From: a virus
Direction: 5' to 3' (one strand)
Virus record (IMG/VR): IMGVR_UViG_3300043427_002233
Coordinates: 6,203 to 70,202 of that record
Length of the DNA: 64,000 nucleotides
In this document: positions 28,982-37,628 of the stretch, one piece after another
Position numbering within the stretch: position 1 is the stretch's first letter
Layout: every line of letters starts with the position of its first letter
Position numbers and translations under genes: made by a program
Notes under the pieces: model-generated
Databases searched by the model: none
Seen by the model: only the letters and a program-made list of their open reading frames with translations
What the model was told of the DNA's origin: nothing

Positions 28982-30895
28982 TTATTTTAAGTCAATACCT
29001 AATTCGTTCTTAACATTCGTAACAAAGTTTGTTTGATTTAATGCGTGTCTAAGTGAGTCTGCGCACCATTTTTTATAACTTGAGTACGCAACGTCTTCAG
29101 ACATAATTTTAATATCAGTTGGATCTGCTTTCCATTTTTCGTGGAACCAAGACAATACAGATGAGTTATCAATCTTATATTGTTCCATCATATCAACAAC
29201 TTCTTTAGGTGTCGTAAACTCTTTTGTAGTTTTTAATAGACGATGAATTGCGACTACTGCTTTATAGGCTGTATAATCTAATGCTTCTTGTTCCATAAGC
29301 TTTCTTTTAAAGTTCATACCTTCTACTCTACTAACGGCTGTTAAGTCTGCAGTAAATGGTATGATAGTTAACCTTCTATAGAACCCGTATGATTGATCTG
29401 GAGTTCTTGGAAGTTTGTTAGCTGCAAAGAACATCGTGGCAAATAATGATTTAGAATAAGCATCTTTATATTTTTGCTCAACCATAATTTCTTCACCAGA
29501 TATAATTGACTTTACGATATCGCTATCATTTAAAGGTGCGCTACTTATATCACCTGCTAATGATGCAAGTTTATTGTTCATAGCTGATGCTCTAAAGTTA
29601 TTTGCAAGATCTTTAAATGCTATGGCTGTAGTATTTTCTCTACCTAATACTTCTTTAATAAGATCTAAGAATGTTGATTTACCATTACGTCCTGAACCCA
29701 CTAACAAGAATGCTTTTTGTAGTTCGTTTGTTTTTAACATTGAATATCCAATGGCTTCATATAATAACTGTTCGATACTTTGATTACCCTTAGTGGCTGT
29801 ATGAAAGAATTCATCGACAGTTTGAGATTTAGCATTTGGATTATAGTTAGCATTGATTTGTATTGATTCTAAACATTCTGGATTCATCGGTTTGAACTCT
29901 AGTGTATTAACATCTAGGATTCCGTTTTTAAATACAACTGTGTATGGGTTCTCATTGAACTTAACAGACTCATCGAATAAATATTGTTCAACGTATTTTA
30001 ATGTTTCATCTTTTTGATAGTTTTTTAAACTGGGTATTAATTTAGTCATGTAACCCAACAAATAATCTCTGTCTGTAGAATAAACTTTTTTTCGTTCGTT
30101 ATAAAAGTAAAGGTCTTTTGTCGTGCTATCTCTTTTAACATAGCAATTCTTAATAACATAATTGCCTAACCGATCATGGAAGAATTTGTCTTTGTCGACA
30201 AACTGTTTTACTAATTGTTCTTCACTTATTCTTAATACGTTTTCTAATTCAATATCTGCTAACGGGACTTGACAAAACTCCTGATTAACCATCTGCACCA
30301 CTTCATTCTGCATGATGGTACTAATACCTAATGCTTTTAGCTTACTTAATATGTCTATTAATACTACGTTTACATTGCTTTGTATTGGAAGTTTAATACC
30401 ATCTACAATATTGTTTGAGATCTTTCTTGTTGGTAATAACCATACAGGAAGTGAACTTATGAATTCACCATACTCAATCTTATATTGTGATAGTAAACTT
30501 GATACGCTATTCGGAACTCTGAATGGTAGTGTGATAACTCTTCCCGCTCCATATGTATTTGCATTGATACCGCAAGCTAATCGGTTAACAGTTGTTGTTC
30601 TATTGAAGTCTGACTTACAGACAATGTATAGTATCTTATCGTTTTTAGTGAAGACAAAGACCGGTTCGTTTTTAGAAATAATTACTGGCAGTATGTTTAC
30701 TTCTTCTGTTTCTATTACCAAGTAACCATGAGGAATAACCCATGACACTTCAAGTGTCGGATCTGAACCAAGATTCTTAACCAATGCACCGTTTGCTTTG
30801 AGTGGCGGTTGGCCAACTCTAGAAACTACGTACATAGATTCTTCTTGACTGTTTACGATGTTGTTGAAATCTCTAAAGTTCATTTTCCTCCTCAC
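28982..30895 (-). CDS. P4/D5-family SF3 helicase with degenerate N-terminal primase domain
   Basis: Walker A GSGRNGKST, LAGDI, FAANKLP, GFYRRL; D5_N VFKNGILD. Confidence 0.85.
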   Translation of the reverse strand: MRRKMNFRDFNNIVNSQEESMYVVSRVGQPPLKANGALVKNLGSDPTLEVSWVIPHGYLVIETEEVNILPVIISKNEPVFVFTKNDKILYIVCKSDFNRTTTVNRLACGINANTYGAGRVITLPFRVPNSVSSLLSQYKIEYGEFISSLPVWLLPTRKISNNIVDGIKLPIQSNVNVVLIDILSKLKALGISTIMQNEVVQMVNQEFCQVPLADIELENVLRISEEQLVKQFVDKDKFFHDRLGNYVIKNCYVKRDSTTKDLYFYNERKKVYSTDRDYLLGYMTKLIPSLKNYQKDETLKYVEQYLFDESVKFNENPYTVVFKNGILDVNTLEFKPMNPECLESIQINANYNPNAKSQTVDEFFHTATKGNQSIEQLLYEAIGYSMLKTNELQKAFLLVGSGRNGKSTFLDLIKEVLGRENTTAIAFKDLANNFRASAMNNKLASLAGDISSAPLNDSDIVKSIISGEEIMVEQKYKDAYSKSLFATMFFAANKLPRTPDQSYGFYRRLTIIPFTADLTAVSRVEGMNFKRKLMEQEALDYTAYKAVVAIHRLLKTTKEFTTPKEVVDMMEQYKIDNSSVLSWFHEKWKADPTDIKIMSEDVAYSSYKKWCADSLRHALNQTNFVTNVKNELGIDLK

Positions 30896-30916
30896 TTTCC
30901 TTAACGACGATTACGC

Positions 30917-31108
30917 TTAAGTTCCAAACAACTCATCAATTGATTTGCCTAGAGACTTAGCAAGTTTATTACAGATAAAGATCGATGGGTTTAGCTTGTT
31001 GTTTTCTATCTTTCGAATAGTCTCCCTGCTTATCCCGCAGATCCTGGCCAGTCCTTCTTGAGAAAGACCGGCACCAATCCTAGCAAGTTTTAATCTGTTA
31101 TTATCCAT
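30917..31108 (-). CDS. XRE-family HTH regulator
   Basis: LKLARIGAGLSQEGLARICGISRETIRKIENNKLNPS. Confidence 0.9.
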   Translation of the reverse strand: MDNNRLKLARIGAGLSQEGLARICGISRETIRKIENNKLNPSIFICNKLAKSLGKSIDELFGT

Positions 31109-31638
31109 TACCAAGGAAGATCTTCATCTTCTTTAATAACTTCTAAGACCGGAACATTCGATTGTGCGGAATTGACAACCGGTTTAAATACTTTAGCAGG
31201 TTGAATTGGAGTGCTTTGTTTAGGCATAGCATCTTGTAATGGTTTATAAGTAATGGTTTGATATTGACGTTTGTCGCCAGTCTTCTTGTCAATACCATCT
31301 TTAATTCCAAGATCTACTCGTAATGCTTTGTTTAATAAGATTGATTCAATATCAATATTCGTTGGTTCGTTTTCTGCATAAGCGCTACCAACAGCTCGAC
31401 GAAGGTTACGATACTTCCAGCTTAATGGCGAGGTTGCATCGAAGGTAATCTTATCATCAACATAACGATTCTTGTGTTCACCTTCTAAGACTTGCATCTT
31501 TACATATAAGGTGTTAGGAATGTTATCAGCAAGTTTTACTTGTGTGACAGTAACTAAAATATTTCTGCCAACGATCGGTGGGAATTTACCCACATCTTTG
31601 GTTGTGTCTTGTTTACCTTGTGTAATAATTAATGGCAT
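31108..31638 (-). CDS. DUF669-like single-stranded DNA-binding protein
   Basis: OB-like pattern (QVLEGEHKNR) and acidic DEDLPW C-terminus; near the Sak4-like ATPase. Confidence 0.65.
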   Translation of the reverse strand: MPLIITQGKQDTTKDVGKFPPIVGRNILVTVTQVKLADNIPNTLYVKMQVLEGEHKNRYVDDKITFDATSPLSWKYRNLRRAVGSAYAENEPTNIDIESILLNKALRVDLGIKDGIDKKTGDKRQYQTITYKPLQDAMPKQSTPIQPAKVFKPVVNSAQSNVPVLEVIKEDEDLPW

Positions 31639-31650
31639 ATTTTTTCCTCC

Positions 31651-31887
31651 TTAATAAGAACCTAATACGTATAACACGCCAACGATATCAATGATACCCA
31701 TGACAATAGAAACATAAGACCAAGTATTTTTTGGTGTGTCAATTACACCTAAAATAAGTGCGGCTACACCTAGTGGTAAACCGAATATAATAAATCCAAC
31801 AAACCCTAAGATTGATCCGATCAAACCTTTATTTACTGTTGGTGTAGGAGTTGGCGTAGGCGTAGGAGTTAAGTTTAAGTTATCCAT
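31651..31887 (-). CDS. Small membrane protein with (TP)n N-terminus
   Basis: TPTPTPTPTPT followed by 2-3 TM segments. Confidence 0.7.
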   Translation of the reverse strand: MDNLNLTPTPTPTPTPTVNKGLIGSILGFVGFIIFGLPLGVAALILGVIDTPKNTWSYVSIVMGIIDIVGVLYVLGSY

Positions 31888-31888
31888 A

Positions 31889-32035
31889 TTACTTTCCTTC
31901 TTTCTTTGTTTGTTGTTTTTCGATTTGCGCTCTAATGTTTTCGACTAAGATACTAACCGTTTCATAAGGTAGTTTGTATAACGAGGCAGCGATAATATTT
32001 AATTCTTGTTCAGTTAATTCTAAATTGTATTTCAT
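31889..32035 (-). CDS. Small hypothetical protein
   Basis: MKYNLELTEQELNII...LPYE; AAGGTGG SD. Confidence 0.6.
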   Translation of the reverse strand: MKYNLELTEQELNIIAASLYKLPYETVSILVENIRAQIEKQQTKKEGK

Positions 32036-32036
32036 A

Positions 32037-32228
32037 TTACTTGCCACCTTTTTCATCTCTAATAACGGTACCACTTAATATAGTGAATGCTTTTGCTAAG
32101 TTAGATAAAGCATGACCGTATTGTTCAGAGGTTGGATCAAGTGTTTCGATCTTATCGATTAACACATTGACGCTTGACATGATGGAAGAGAACATCTTTT
32201 CTACATTAATTTTGTTTGGTTGGTTCAT
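32037..32228 (-). CDS. Hypothetical protein
   Basis: Operon context. Confidence 0.6.
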   Translation of the reverse strand: MNQPNKINVEKMFSSIMSSVNVLIDKIETLDPTSEQYGHALSNLAKAFTILSGTVIRDEKGGK

Positions 32229-33045
32229 TGGCTTTGCCTTCTTTCTGTGCAGTTAATTTATCTAGCACGTTCTTTTTAAATTTTTCGAATGTAAGATTTT
32301 GAACTTTAGACGGCACCGTAATTTCTTGTGGTTTACGAGTCTTCGTAAGTAAGTAAGGGTGTGCATCTAAATATGTATAATAACGAATTTCATCTTTGAC
32401 TTCATTTGTTTTAGCATCGATAACCTTTTCGGTTTCGACTTTGGTGTACCAAACAAACGATGCCTTAGCACATAAAGCATATGCCGCACCATTCATTAAT
32501 GATGGGATTACTTTATTAAAGGATGCATTTTCTTCATCTTGAATTTCTTTTTGATGAGCGATCACAACAATCAATGCACCAGTCTTCTTGTGTAAGTACT
32601 TAGCTAAGTTCCAGATTTGTTCGTGGCTTGTTCTAGCTTGGCCCCATAAGTTAAGATTCATTGTATCTTTTTGACTTGATTCCATAAGATACTTCTTCAT
32701 TAAGAATTCAAGTTGAGTAGCACTATCAAACACAATGGTTGAATACGCTACTGGAATCTTAGTTCCTTTGTCATCCATCGTATAACCGTTTTCAACATCG
32801 GTTAAGATAGAATTTAATTCAAGGAAACTTTGTACGTCTACGACATGAACGTGTTCTGAGTGCGACTTAGAGATCGATCCAGTACCACCTTCTAAAATGT
32901 CTAAGATAAGCATAGGCTTTTCTTTTGTCTTTGGGAATGTAGATGCTAATACAGTCTTGCCAGTTCCTGGACCACCGTAAATAACGAACACTCCGTCGAT
33001 AGATGTTTCGGCAATAGTCTTACTTCTTTCTGATAAAATACTCAT
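32206..33045 (-). CDS. AAA_24/Sak4-like recombination ATPase
   Basis: IYGGPGTGKT, LDILEGG, IVFDSAT, VIAHQ. Confidence 0.85.
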   Translation of the reverse strand: MSILSERSKTIAETSIDGVFVIYGGPGTGKTVLASTFPKTKEKPMLILDILEGGTGSISKSHSEHVHVVDVQSFLELNSILTDVENGYTMDDKGTKIPVAYSTIVFDSATQLEFLMKKYLMESSQKDTMNLNLWGQARTSHEQIWNLAKYLHKKTGALIVVIAHQKEIQDEENASFNKVIPSLMNGAAYALCAKASFVWYTKVETEKVIDAKTNEVKDEIRYYTYLDAHPYLLTKTRKPQEITVPSKVQNLTFEKFKKNVLDKLTAQKEGKANEPTKQN

Positions 33046-33143
33046 GTAATTTTCCTCCTGTGTATTTTAATTAGCGAACAATGATAGGCAATACTTCTCA
33101 AAAAAAATGCGATGTTATCGATACATTTCTCCTTTCTGTAAAT

Positions 33144-33172
33144 AGTATAACACCGCTCTTTTTATTTGTCAA
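33144..33172 (-). promoter_or_regulatory. Near-consensus sigma-A promoter
   Basis: TTGACA-17-TATACT with TG extension. Confidence 0.8.
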
Positions 33173-33189
33173 CAACTATTTGCAACTAT

Positions 33190-34149
33190 TTATTTGCTTT
33201 TTAAATTATCAATAATAATCTTGCGATCAGACTGAGATGGGTTGGCCATGTCTAAGTTACATATATCTTTGAATGGACAGTAGTTACATAAGATGGATCT
33301 ATTTCTTGATGGGCCTGGTTGTGCCTTGATTGTCTTATATGTATTCCACATGTCTTCAAGGTTAGCTCTTACACTTTTACCATCTAATAATTGTACCCTA
33401 ATTCTTTGGAATAATGGGTGACCACGTTTTTCAAAGAACTCAATGATGTACTTATATTCAGGAGCATCATCTAATCCAAGCTCTGATAACTTTGCAAGAT
33501 AAGCTTCTTTAGTAACTAACTCAAGCTTCTTCTTGTCTACAGTAGGTTTACCGTTTAAGTTAATGGGCACAGCTTCAAGTCTAGCAATTCTTATCTCATC
33601 GATCTCTACTGCATTTACTTTTACTCCCAACTTTTCCTCAACATATGGAACATATAATAAAAGTTGTTGGTTATTTGTTACATCGTCCCAAGTATACTTA
33701 AGTGGTTTCAATGTTGTCTTATGATCTCTAATGACAATTAAATTATTTTCTTCGAACACGTGATCAACTACCATTGTTAAGTAATCTTCGTCTTCTAACT
33801 TTTCTTCAATGTTACCTTCGACCATCAATGTTTTTTCTTTGAACAAATCATTCTTATAGTAATTAATGTAGGATTGAAATACATCTGATAATAAGCCAGG
33901 ATCAAGTTGTAACTTACCTTGTCTGCATAACGTATCAAACTCTGTTAATGGTGGAGTTGGATCTTCGCCATTTAAATAAAGTTCAATAGCTTTGTGAAAT
34001 AATTTTCCTGGAATTGTTGATTCAGTTTCTTCCGTTTCAATTTGTTCTACATATTGATAGTGATGTTTCTTTGAACAATTTTGAAATGTTTTTAATCTAC
34101 TAAAACTAAATCGTTTAATATCTTTTTCGTGCTTAACATCTTCACTCAT
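33190..34149 (-). CDS. PD-(D/E)XK (RecB/Cas4-like) exonuclease
   Basis: FSFSRLKTFQNC, G.LFH, VVD...IRDHKT, QLLLY, C..CPF...C. Confidence 0.85.
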   Translation of the reverse strand: MSEDVKHEKDIKRFSFSRLKTFQNCSKKHHYQYVEQIETEETESTIPGKLFHKAIELYLNGEDPTPPLTEFDTLCRQGKLQLDPGLLSDVFQSYINYYKNDLFKEKTLMVEGNIEEKLEDEDYLTMVVDHVFEENNLIVIRDHKTTLKPLKYTWDDVTNNQQLLLYVPYVEEKLGVKVNAVEIDEIRIARLEAVPINLNGKPTVDKKKLELVTKEAYLAKLSELGLDDAPEYKYIIEFFEKRGHPLFQRIRVQLLDGKSVRANLEDMWNTYKTIKAQPGPSRNRSILCNYCPFKDICNLDMANPSQSDRKIIIDNLKSK

Positions 34150-34150
34150 A

Positions 34151-34444
34151 TTATTCTTCCTTAATAAAGATACCGTCTACAACTTTACCTTTACGGTTCT
34201 TAATAACATCGTAGGCAGCCTTGACACATTCTTCAATATCAAGATTAAGTTGTAAGGATAAGATTGTCAAGACAACGTAGATATCACCAATCGCATCAAT
34301 GGATTCTGTCATTCTTTTCTTAGCTAGACTAGATGCCAGTTCACCAACTTCTTCTGTGAGCTTAAGCATTTGTTTTGTTGGATCCATTGTCTGTAACCCA
34401 CGATCATATGCCCACTTGATAATTAAATTAGTTAGTTCCTTCAT
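34151..34444 (-). CDS. MazG-like nucleotide pyrophosphohydrolase
   Basis: KLTEEVGELA...DAIGDIYVVL...IKNRKGK..DGIFIKE. Confidence 0.9.
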   Translation of the reverse strand: MKELTNLIIKWAYDRGLQTMDPTKQMLKLTEEVGELASSLAKKRMTESIDAIGDIYVVLTILSLQLNLDIEECVKAAYDVIKNRKGKVVDGIFIKEE

Positions 34445-34874
34445 TTTCGTTTCTCCATTCTAACGTCCATAGACGTTTCTTTTTATCTATAATATATTTT
34501 ACATTATTTTTTTTGTGTGCGTAGAACGTACTATCACTACATCCAATAGTTTTAATAGCTTTATAATAGCTCTTAAAATTAAATTCTTTTATTTCTGAAT
34601 CAAACATTGGTTTAGCAATGACTAAGATTGGTTCAATGAATTCAAATCTAAACAATGGTTTAATGGTTTGTTTTCTTAATTCACCAGTCGTAGTAGTTGG
34701 TTGCCAATCATCTGACCGATTCGAATAATGATTTGGTTTAGTTGCTGATAACCTAATGTAATTAATACTACAGCCAGTAGCTTTAGCAGCTTCTTGAATA
34801 CTTTCAACAATTGCTTTTTTATTATCGGTGTTGCGATAAATAATTACTTGCTTCTTACGAGTTAACATTTTCAT
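34428..34874 (-). CDS. NUMOD1-like DNA-binding protein
   Basis: ESIQEAAKATGCS and FKSYYKAIKTIGCS tandem HTH-like motifs. Confidence 0.55.
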   Translation of the reverse strand: MKMLTRKKQVIIYRNTDNKKAIVESIQEAAKATGCSINYIRLSATKPNHYSNRSDDWQPTTTTGELRKQTIKPLFRFEFIEPILVIAKPMFDSEIKEFNFKSYYKAIKTIGCSDSTFYAHKKNNVKYIIDKKKRLWTLEWRNENEGTN

Positions 34875-35091
34875 TTACAATTTCCTCCTGCATTCTTTTA
34901 AAGATTAATGCTACTTCTGTAAACTCCATTTGTAAATGGTAAGCTAATGCTACCACAGTAGATACAGTTGGGTTTGGTTTTTGTTTTTGTAATAACTTGT
35001 AAACCGTTTGTTTTGAAATCATTTCTTTATTAAGTGATTCACAAAAACGATTTACACTTCCGAATTTTTCTTCGATAATTTGTTTGATCAT
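34855..35091 (-). CDS. HTH protein
   Basis: ISKQTVYKLL...NPTVSTVVALA. Confidence 0.7.
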   Translation of the reverse strand: MIKQIIEEKFGSVNRFCESLNKEMISKQTVYKLLQKQKPNPTVSTVVALAYHLQMEFTEVALIFKRMQEEIVNENVNS

Positions 35092-35092
35092 A

Positions 35093-35494
35093 TTAAATCC
35101 TTTCTATTTCGACAATGATTCTATCTTCATTGCCATGTAATTTGGTTGCATATAATTCTGCAACTTGTCTAACTGAATCATAAGCTGTACCTACAAGTGA
35201 TCTTGTAACTGAATCAGTAACCATTGTTATGATAGGTAATTTAGTTACAAACTTATTTTCTTTTTGTGTACTAGTTACTCTTCTTGTAGTTCTAATTTCT
35301 AAGTTTACAGCCACTGGTATTTCGTCATGATAATATACATCTCCGCATTGTCTAATGTATTCCATCGTTATTTTTCTTTGGAATAACTTTTGATCTAAAC
35401 CTTTTAATTCTGTGAAGAACTTCTGATCTAAAACAAATCTAACTTTCTTAGCTTGTTTGTTATTCAGATTTTGTTGCATAAGCTTTCCAGTCAT
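35093..35494 (-). CDS. RusA-like protein, catalytic residues apparently lost
   Basis: PVAVNLEI...TKLPII...SLVGTAYDSVRQVAELYATKLHG..RIIVEI mirrors the RusA C-half without KPDxDN or DD. Confidence 0.5.
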   Translation of the reverse strand: MTGKLMQQNLNNKQAKKVRFVLDQKFFTELKGLDQKLFQRKITMEYIRQCGDVYYHDEIPVAVNLEIRTTRRVTSTQKENKFVTKLPIITMVTDSVTRSLVGTAYDSVRQVAELYATKLHGNEDRIIVEIERI

Positions 35495-36653
35495 CCTTGA
35501 TGTGTTTGATGTGTGGAATCATTGAGTGGTTGCAGTCCATTAAGGTTCCTGTGCTGTCCACTTCGACTGTAATAATTAGTGCTCCACTATCGTTGCGTAT
35601 GCGTTTACCTTTTTCCCAATCAGATTGTAAGTGCGTGGATGGAACTTCAAAGTACCATACGTTGCGATACCACATACTAATATATTTATGGTGGTGACCA
35701 ACGAAAATCATGTGTGGTTTGTCGCCGCCACTTAAACTATCAAGATACTTCTGACCAGAGTAAGATAACGCATAAGACGAGCCATCTTGTGGGTGAAATA
35801 ATTCCATCTTGCAGTTTGGTGTAAGTTGAATAACAGCTGTATTAATACCTAGATACTGCATATCTTTACGGCTTGCGGCAATACGTTTACCAATGTTTGC
35901 ACCACCATTTTGAATATGGAAGTGGTCATGGTTACCAGTAATAAAGAAGGTTGTAATGCCTTCGCGTTCTGGATAGTTACGTATAATGTAATCAGCTTGA
36001 TCATCAAATCCAATTGAGTGTAACGAATACATGTGGTCATCTCTTGACTTCTTAAAACCTTCTGAAATATCACCACAGTGGTAGATGTTTGTAATACCTC
36101 TACGTTCTGCTTCGTCATACAAGTAATGTAAGAAAGTTAATTGTTCATTCTTACTACCCAAGTGGCTATCACTAATCACCATAAATGTAAACTTACTTGT
36201 TTCACCAATAGCGTGTTGATATACTTGGCGTTCAGGTATCAAAGATTTTTCTAATGTAAAGATAGGTTCGCCATCATCCCATGCATCTTTGATTTTATAG
36301 ATACCTTCAGATTCAATTTCTTTAACTAAACCTAAGACTTCGTATTTAGATAAACCAAGTTTATCCATAATTTGTGAAAGTTTTGAGTTAGATTGAATCA
36401 TCTTTAGTAAACCTTCTCGTTTCTTTGATGGATCTACTTTTTTAGAATCATCTTTTACTGCACTAAATGTAGGTGCTTTGACATCAAGTCTATCGTAACG
36501 TTTACGCCAAGAATCCCTTGATACAGATTCATTGAACTCTTTATTCAACGCTTTGAAAGCTTCACCCCATTTAACCTGTGCAAATTTATTTAAGTAACCG
36601 TGTGCAATGTCTACTAATCTAGCTCTGTCTGCAACTTTTTTAAAATCATACAT
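35460..36653 (-). CDS. Calcineurin-like metallophosphoesterase with N-terminal HTH
   Basis: ISDSHLG, HCGDI, GNHD, GHHH. Confidence 0.85.
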   Translation of the reverse strand: MYDFKKVADRARLVDIAHGYLNKFAQVKWGEAFKALNKEFNESVSRDSWRKRYDRLDVKAPTFSAVKDDSKKVDPSKKREGLLKMIQSNSKLSQIMDKLGLSKYEVLGLVKEIESEGIYKIKDAWDDGEPIFTLEKSLIPERQVYQHAIGETSKFTFMVISDSHLGSKNEQLTFLHYLYDEAERRGITNIYHCGDISEGFKKSRDDHMYSLHSIGFDDQADYIIRNYPEREGITTFFITGNHDHFHIQNGGANIGKRIAASRKDMQYLGINTAVIQLTPNCKMELFHPQDGSSYALSYSGQKYLDSLSGGDKPHMIFVGHHHKYISMWYRNVWYFEVPSTHLQSDWEKGKRIRNDSGALIITVEVDSTGTLMDCNHSMIPHIKHIKDDWKAYATKSE

Positions 36654-36808
36654 GTTTATTTCCTCCTTATGTAATGATTACAAATAACTTTACGTATTCT
36701 AATCGATACCTTTTTAACAACATCAATTGTTTTCTTGTAGGTATTCTTACTCTTTCTAATTCTCCAATTCTTCTGTTTAAGAAGAACAGTCTTGCATAAG
36801 TAAGGTGT

Positions 36809-37366
36809 TTACGATCCAATGATTTCTTGGAGCTCTTGCTCATACCTACTTTTCCTTTCTTGTTGGGCTCTTGTTGGATTTTGCATTTCATCTAGTTCGT
36901 TGATTCTTGCATTTAACCAAGCAATCCTAGCAAGACGATTCTTAAGTTCTGTTCGTTCTTGTTTGATTTGTTGCCGCTTTGATCTCATTGTTTGTTTATA
37001 TGAATCAAGCTCAACCCATCCCGTAGTTTTAGAATACTTTAGAACCTCCAAGTGTAACGAAGGGTACAAGTATTCAAACATCTTACGGTGGATCTCAAAT
37101 TCGGGTAACACCATACCCTTAACATCGATGATTCTTTCTAAATTTTTAGAAACATCTAAGAATTGAAAATCAGCCTCATAATGCATAGGCTTCCACTTCT
37201 TTCCTTTCTTTTCAAACTCTGGTATAAGCATGAAAAGAGGATGGATCTTAAGATCTTTGATCTCACCCTTTGCAAGACGTTCTTTAAGAATAAGATAATA
37301 ACTGTATTCCATTTCGGAATCAAATCTATATCCGTCTGCATCGACTTTTTTGGCGAAGATTCTCAT
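36809..37366 (-). CDS. DUF1064-like PD-(D/E)XK nuclease
   Basis: DGYRFDSEME...YEADF...IDVKG. Confidence 0.8.
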   Translation of the reverse strand: MRIFAKKVDADGYRFDSEMEYSYYLILKERLAKGEIKDLKIHPLFMLIPEFEKKGKKWKPMHYEADFQFLDVSKNLERIIDVKGMVLPEFEIHRKMFEYLYPSLHLEVLKYSKTTGWVELDSYKQTMRSKRQQIKQERTELKNRLARIAWLNARINELDEMQNPTRAQQERKSRYEQELQEIIGS

Positions 37367-37378
37367 ATCATCACCTGC

Positions 37379-37419
37379 CTTTCTAATACATATTATATAT
37401 TATATTAGAAAGATGTCAA
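37379..37419 (-). promoter_or_regulatory. Promoter of the DNA-metabolism operon with overlapping palindromic operator
   Basis: TTGACA-16-TATAAT; 10-bp inverted repeat CTTTCTAATA/TATTAGAAAG. Confidence 0.7.
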
Positions 37420-37438
37420 GAGATGTACGCTTTATTTT

Positions 37439-37627
37439 TTAAAGTAAATTTTCTAACTCGTTAATTTCAACTCGCCATTGATTCCGTTGTTGAATTAATT
37501 CATTTATATTATAAGGTAAAGCTTCCCCTATAAGACTTGCTTCATAGCATTTAATAATCTTATAATCTGTTTCAATAAGGTTTTGTTTTAAATCTCTTAA
37601 TCTACCACGTTGTATTGTATTTAACAT
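37439..37627 (-). CDS. Small tail-fibre-associated protein
   Basis: LKQNLIETDYKIIKCYEA...RNQWRVEINELE, a motif typical downstream of fibres. Confidence 0.65.
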   Translation of the reverse strand: MLNTIQRGRLRDLKQNLIETDYKIIKCYEASLIGEALPYNINELIQQRNQWRVEINELENLL

Positions 37628-37628
37628 A

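Noticed and set aside
33190-34149. Cas4-like nuclease as evidence of a CRISPR system
   Set aside because: No repeat-spacer array or other cas genes; it sits in a standard exonuclease/Sak4/SSB recombination module
36667-36891. 74-aa minus-strand ORF overlapping the DUF1064 gene
   Set aside because: The given start overlaps 83 bp; a shorter MSKSS start may be a real small gene but support was insufficient to call
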